Both the position numbers and the translations under genes were made by a program. A DNA stretch of 64,000 nucleotides from Adineta vaga (Eukaryota; Animalia; Rotifera): NCBI GenBank assembly GCA_021613535.1, contig CP075495.1, positions 5,456,001 through 5,520,000 of the forward strand, given 5' to 3'. Positions 59,317 through 64,000 of the stretch are shown piece by piece. Within the stretch, counting starts at the first letter, position 1; each line of letters opens with the position of its first letter. Below the pieces are notes generated by a model. The model worked only from the letters and a program-made list of their open reading frames with translations. It was not told the origin of the DNA and searched no databases.

Positions 59317-61179
59317 TTAACTTCCGGATGTATATTCGCGACGTGATGACGTTTGCGAATATGATGCACCACCACTGCCGCCACCACTGGTACGGCCAGG
59401 ACCGGTAACTAAACTACTTATTCCAGCATTGCTTGTTCCTGATCCGCTGCTACTAATAAATGTACGTGAAATTGTTGTTGATCGACCACCACCACCACCT
59501 GAATAGGAGATGGAACCAGCAACACCGGAGCCACTAGTGGCTCTTTCAGCTTCCATACGACGAGCTTCTTCAACAACATGATCAACAATTTGTTTCAAAC
59601 CTTCACGATTATTTGTTCCTTCAAGTAATTCTCTGTATGTATTGATTTCTTTTTCTAATGATGTCTTCATATTTGTCACTTCTTCATATTCTTTCTGTAA
59701 TTGTTCTAATTTACGACGTAATTCTTCAATTTCAGCAGCACGTTTTTGTATCACACGACCACCTAGATAGAAAAGAAAACAATAAACAAAATTGTGTATC
59801 GAATCAAAAAAAAAACATCTCGAAGTATCATTTTATGTACCGTCATCACGTTCTTGATCAATATGTAATTGAAGTTCTCGTATGCGATTATTTAATTCTT
59901 CATTTCGTGCTTTCATATGTGCAACTTCATTGCGTGTTGTCAATAATGTTGTTCGTAATTTTTCTTCTTGGACGCGTTGTTGTTCACTTTGAATTGGATC
60001 AAGATCTGGTTTTTGATGGCGAAGAATCAATTCATTGTATGACATCATATATCGATTGTGTAAATCAGCACGTTGTTGATCATTCAAAGCTTCAAATTCA
60101 TTACGGATATCACGAATAGCTTGAGCTAATTCATTACGGAAGAAGTGTGATGGATCCAAATTAACATCAACAACAGTCTTCGATCGTAATTCGTTCAAAT
60201 CAGCTTCATCTAAAGTAAAAATGAAAAGAATGGTTTTAGCCTTTTATTATTAAGTATGTTTTGCTTACGCATTTGTTTAAGCATGGCAAGTTCATCTTCA
60301 AGTGCCATTTTTTCTGTATCGAGTGAACTTTTAACAAACGTTTCATTTTGAATTTCATTTTGTAAACGAGCAATTTCCGAAGCAAGACGTTGAGTTTCAG
60401 CCTTATAACGTCGTGCTTCATCTTCAAGATCTCCTAAACGGCGTCGAAATAAATTAATTTGAGCTTCATTTTCAGCAATTTGTTGTTGAAGACGATCAAT
60501 TGCTGATCGATCAGTTTCGCGGCTGTTTAAAATTTCTTCATATCGTTTACGATAACGACCTTAAAGAGAAAGAAAAGAAAAGCAATGTATATATGTAAAT
60601 AAGAAACAGATGTTTGTAAAAATTACCAGCTTCTTTTTCTGCATCACGGGCTTTAACTTCTGCTGCAGCTCGATCACGTGTGGTGTCATCAATAAGTTTC
60701 TTGGCTTCGTTCATTTCAACTTCATACATTTCTTTGATTTTCGATGAACCTTGACCAGCTTTATTTTGTAAAGCTTCTAATTCCAATTGTAATTTACGAT
60801 TTTGTGCTTCAAGAAATCGTACTTTTTCAACATATTGAGCGAATTTGTCATTTAATTGACATAATTCACGTTTTTCTCGTTCACGTGTTTCATTGACAGC
60901 AACTAATGCTGATGAACCACGATTTGGTCGTAATGGAATGCCAGAAAAATTTCCTAGGCCAGCAATAGATGCTAAACCAGAAATTCCGGCACCAAGACCA
61001 CCTGTATTAAATCCTCCACTACCGCCGGTAGTTGAATAAGATTGATACATGCGTGTCATGATTCCTGATGGACCACCTGAACGACGTTGAACATTTGTTG
61101 AACGTGGTGTGATTTGTGATTTGTATGAACTGTATGAAGACGAACCAGTTTTGGCAAATTCATCATCGTATCCTTGCAT
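59317..61179 (-). CDS. Cytoplasmic intermediate filament protein 2 (short Gly/Ser tail, no LTD)
   Basis: LNDKFAQYVEKVRFLE, ELAQAIRDIRNEFE, LEKEINTYRELLEG; three introns. Confidence 0.95.
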
Positions 61180-62242
61180 TTTGCTGTTGTTATCTATGGT
61201 TTCGACGGTAAAATCTGAAGCTTAACAGTATTTGGTATGGATATTCCCCGAAAAAAAAATATAGACTTATGCGCGCACACACACACTCAAAGACACACAA
61301 CGAGGAAAAAAAGAAGAAAAATGAATGCAAAGATGGGGAGAAATGACCCTTTTATTCAAGCAGTCGGTTAGTGTTTTTTTCTTTTGCGTTCTATAAACTA
61401 TATGATTCGACGAGAGAAAAACGAGGCGAACAAGCCACTATCATGCAAATAAGATCTATCTTGTTTGCGCGCGCGTTCTTTCTCGTTCGATCGTTAGTGG
61501 CTGTTGTCGAGCATATACAGACATGCATGTAATTATATTTTTCCTTACACGTTAGTTTGACTGGAGGAGAAGAAGAAGAAGAAGAGAAAAAAGTCAAGTT
61601 TTTGCTCTCTCTGTTGTTTTACCGCCTGTTACTCTATGATTCATTACTAAACTAGAAGCATACCAAGAATAACTTTAAACATTGTTAGAATAGCAATGGA
61701 GCGAAACAAATCGGACAGACCCGTTTGCTAGAGAGAGAGAAAGAGGAAAAAAGAATTATTACTTCTCTTTCTTTCTTTCTTTCTCTCTGTATATATGCTC
61801 GATGTGTTCGCCTCGTACAAATAAATCCACCCATGCATAGTTTAACATAAAACTATACACATTCACAAAAGAATGAGTAGACAAAAGATGTACATCCTAC
61901 TAATAGCATATAGTCATTTTCGATTGGCTTTCTCATATATTTGAAAGATTTAATCATATATCGCATTTACATATACACACATATACGTGAACGATACACT
62001 ATCAATATATACATCTCAAATGACAACGTATCATTATCGATAAAAAGGATAAAATTCCCTGAAGGATGATTTTTTGATATTCTATTCAAGTAATAACTAT
62101 ATGCATATATATATATATATATATGTGTGTGTGTATTGAGAGAGAATGAAAGAAGATTAATCGAGAAGAATTAAAACAAAAAAGCTTTTAATCTACAAAT
62201 ATTTTGTTGATGTTTTTGATCAATAATATATTCTTGTTATTG

Positions 62243-63802
62243 TTAGCGATGCGGTGAAACATTTCGTGAAGTTGAAGGTGATCGACCACTAAGACCACCA
62301 GCAGATGAGTATGATGTTGAATAAGTGACTTCACGAACATTATGAGAACTACTTGGACCTGATGTATTTCTCAATAAACGTAAATTAAGTGAATCGAGTA
62401 ATGAACGACCACGATTCATTATTTTTTCTGCTTCTTCAGCAAAATGTCGTAGACCAACTTGATTATTACCACCTTCGAGTAATAAACGATATCGACGTAT
62501 TTCTTCTTCTAATGTTGTACGATATTTTTCTAAATCATTTATATAACCTTTTATACGATCAATTTCTTCACGATAACGTCTTTGTTCGTCAACAAGACGT
62601 TGATCTTCATGATAGGTTGTGGATTGTATCTGTTGACGTATATCAGCTATTTGTCTATCAAGATCTTGATTTTCCATTTGTAAGCCATTAACACGACCAC
62701 GTATATCAGATATACTTCGAGTGATTTCTCGAATCTTTTCTGTTTGCCATTGTGATTCAATCGGTTCTTTTGGTTGATGATATTCAATCAACGCACTAAC
62801 TTTTGCCTGATAATAATTTTGTAATTGTTGTTGCTGTTGATCGGTAATTGCTTCAAATTGTTTACGTATTTCACGTATAGCAGCTGTTAATTCACTTTCA
62901 AAGAATGGTGCTGGATCAACATTAGCAATAGCTACTTTGGAACGAAGTTGTTCAACATCAAATTTATGTGCAGTATCTAATGCTTTTAATTCTTGTTCAA
63001 GAACAGTTTTCTCTGCCATAAGTAATTGTTTTTGTGTTGCTTCATTAGCTATTTCAGAGATAAGATTTGCAACATCAGCACGAATACGTTGTAATTCAGC
63101 ATTGTATAGTGTAATTTCATCATCATTATCAGCAATTATTTTACGAATTAATTCAATTTTTTTTTCGAGATCAATGATTTTTTCACGTAATTGTTTTAAT
63201 TGACCTTTAGCACCATTGATTTGATCTGGTCGTTGAGCATTAGTTAAACGTTGTTCAGCTTGTTTAAGACGTGCTTCTGCTTCTTGTCGTTTACCTTGTC
63301 CTGAACGGACATCATCATCCATTCGTTTTAACGTTTCTTCGGCTTCTTTTTTTTCCCGTGTAATTATTTCACGAATACGTTGCAAACCAATACCTTTCTT
63401 ATTTCGTATATTATCCAAATCACGACTAAGTTTTCGATTGACTGCTTCTAAGTAACGAATTTTACCAATATATTCAGCAAATCGATCATTCAATTCAGCT
63501 AATTGACGTTTTTCTTCAGCTCGTTGACTATTAAATGGAACTAATGCCCAAGAACCCATGCCACCACCACCAACCGTAGTACGTAATGGTACAGCACTAC
63601 TTGACATCGAGTGAGATACACTCATCTTTGATGTTACACTTCGATTTCCTCCACCTAAATTTTTCACTGGTCGAGTGATGATCACTTGTCGTGGAGTAAT
63701 TGCTGACATATAGCCAACAGATCCAAGTGTGTCATATGTTGTATTTGTACGCGGATCTGCTGTATACATTTCTTCACGCTGTACATCATAGATAGTTGGC
63801 AT
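62243..63802 (-). CDS. Cytoplasmic intermediate filament protein 3 (intronless, no LTD)
   Basis: 519-aa single ORF: LNDRFAEYIGKIRYLE, ELTAAIREIRKQFE, LEEEIRRYRLLLEG. Confidence 0.95.
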   Translation of the reverse strand: MPTIYDVQREEMYTADPRTNTTYDTLGSVGYMSAITPRQVIITRPVKNLGGGNRSVTSKMSVSHSMSSSAVPLRTTVGGGGMGSWALVPFNSQRAEEKRQLAELNDRFAEYIGKIRYLEAVNRKLSRDLDNIRNKKGIGLQRIREIITREKKEAEETLKRMDDDVRSGQGKRQEAEARLKQAEQRLTNAQRPDQINGAKGQLKQLREKIIDLEKKIELIRKIIADNDDEITLYNAELQRIRADVANLISEIANEATQKQLLMAEKTVLEQELKALDTAHKFDVEQLRSKVAIANVDPAPFFESELTAAIREIRKQFEAITDQQQQQLQNYYQAKVSALIEYHQPKEPIESQWQTEKIREITRSISDIRGRVNGLQMENQDLDRQIADIRQQIQSTTYHEDQRLVDEQRRYREEIDRIKGYINDLEKYRTTLEEEIRRYRLLLEGGNNQVGLRHFAEEAEKIMNRGRSLLDSLNLRLLRNTSGPSSSHNVREVTYSTSYSSAGGLSGRSPSTSRNVSPHR

Positions 63803-64000
63803 GGTAAATGACGCAAAAAGAAACGAGCGGATTTCTTGATTTAAATAGATGGATATGTGTCAGATGAATGTGCTATAGAAAATGTGTACCGATGTACTTC
63901 TTATATACGAGAAAGAACAAGAGATGATAGAAGGTATATGTGTGTATATGTAACAGACTCATCGACTTAATTTCTCATCAGTACAAACAAATCCAAAATT

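Noticed and set aside
40827-63802. Nuclear lamin annotation for the IF genes
   Set aside because: No basic NLS between rod and LTD and no CaaX (ends TLFS); features match protostome cytoplasmic IFs.

Overview
AT-rich, gene-dense metazoan genomic DNA with many short (~50-70 nt) GT-AG introns. Gene style and content suggest a bdelloid rotifer (inference only). In order: 3' end of a Wnt gene; a metabotropic glutamate-type class C GPCR; a degraded/pseudogenic stretch; a tightly packed housekeeping cluster (NDUFAF8 overlapping EMC7, an unknown antisense ORF, LYRM2, AGPS, NAA20, convergent neuferricin) that looks like a trans-spliced operon; two neuronal calcium sensor paralogs, each followed by an identical 5S rRNA gene; a coiled-coil gene; an EPRS gene lacking the N-terminal GST-like domain and carrying an internal alternative first exon; Hey; a class A GPCR; MFSD8; and three cytoplasmic intermediate-filament (IF) genes on the minus strand. 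The most striking structure is the IF locus at 40.8-55.2 kb. Its rod ends in a phase-1 donor followed by four phase-1-compatible alternative tail modules: a 6-aa stub, an extended-synaptotagmin-like C2 domain, a ~2,200-aa acidic Ser/Thr-rich tail, and a lamin-tail domain (LTD). An internal first exon could also make an LTD-only protein. All splice models are read by eye and need transcript confirmation.
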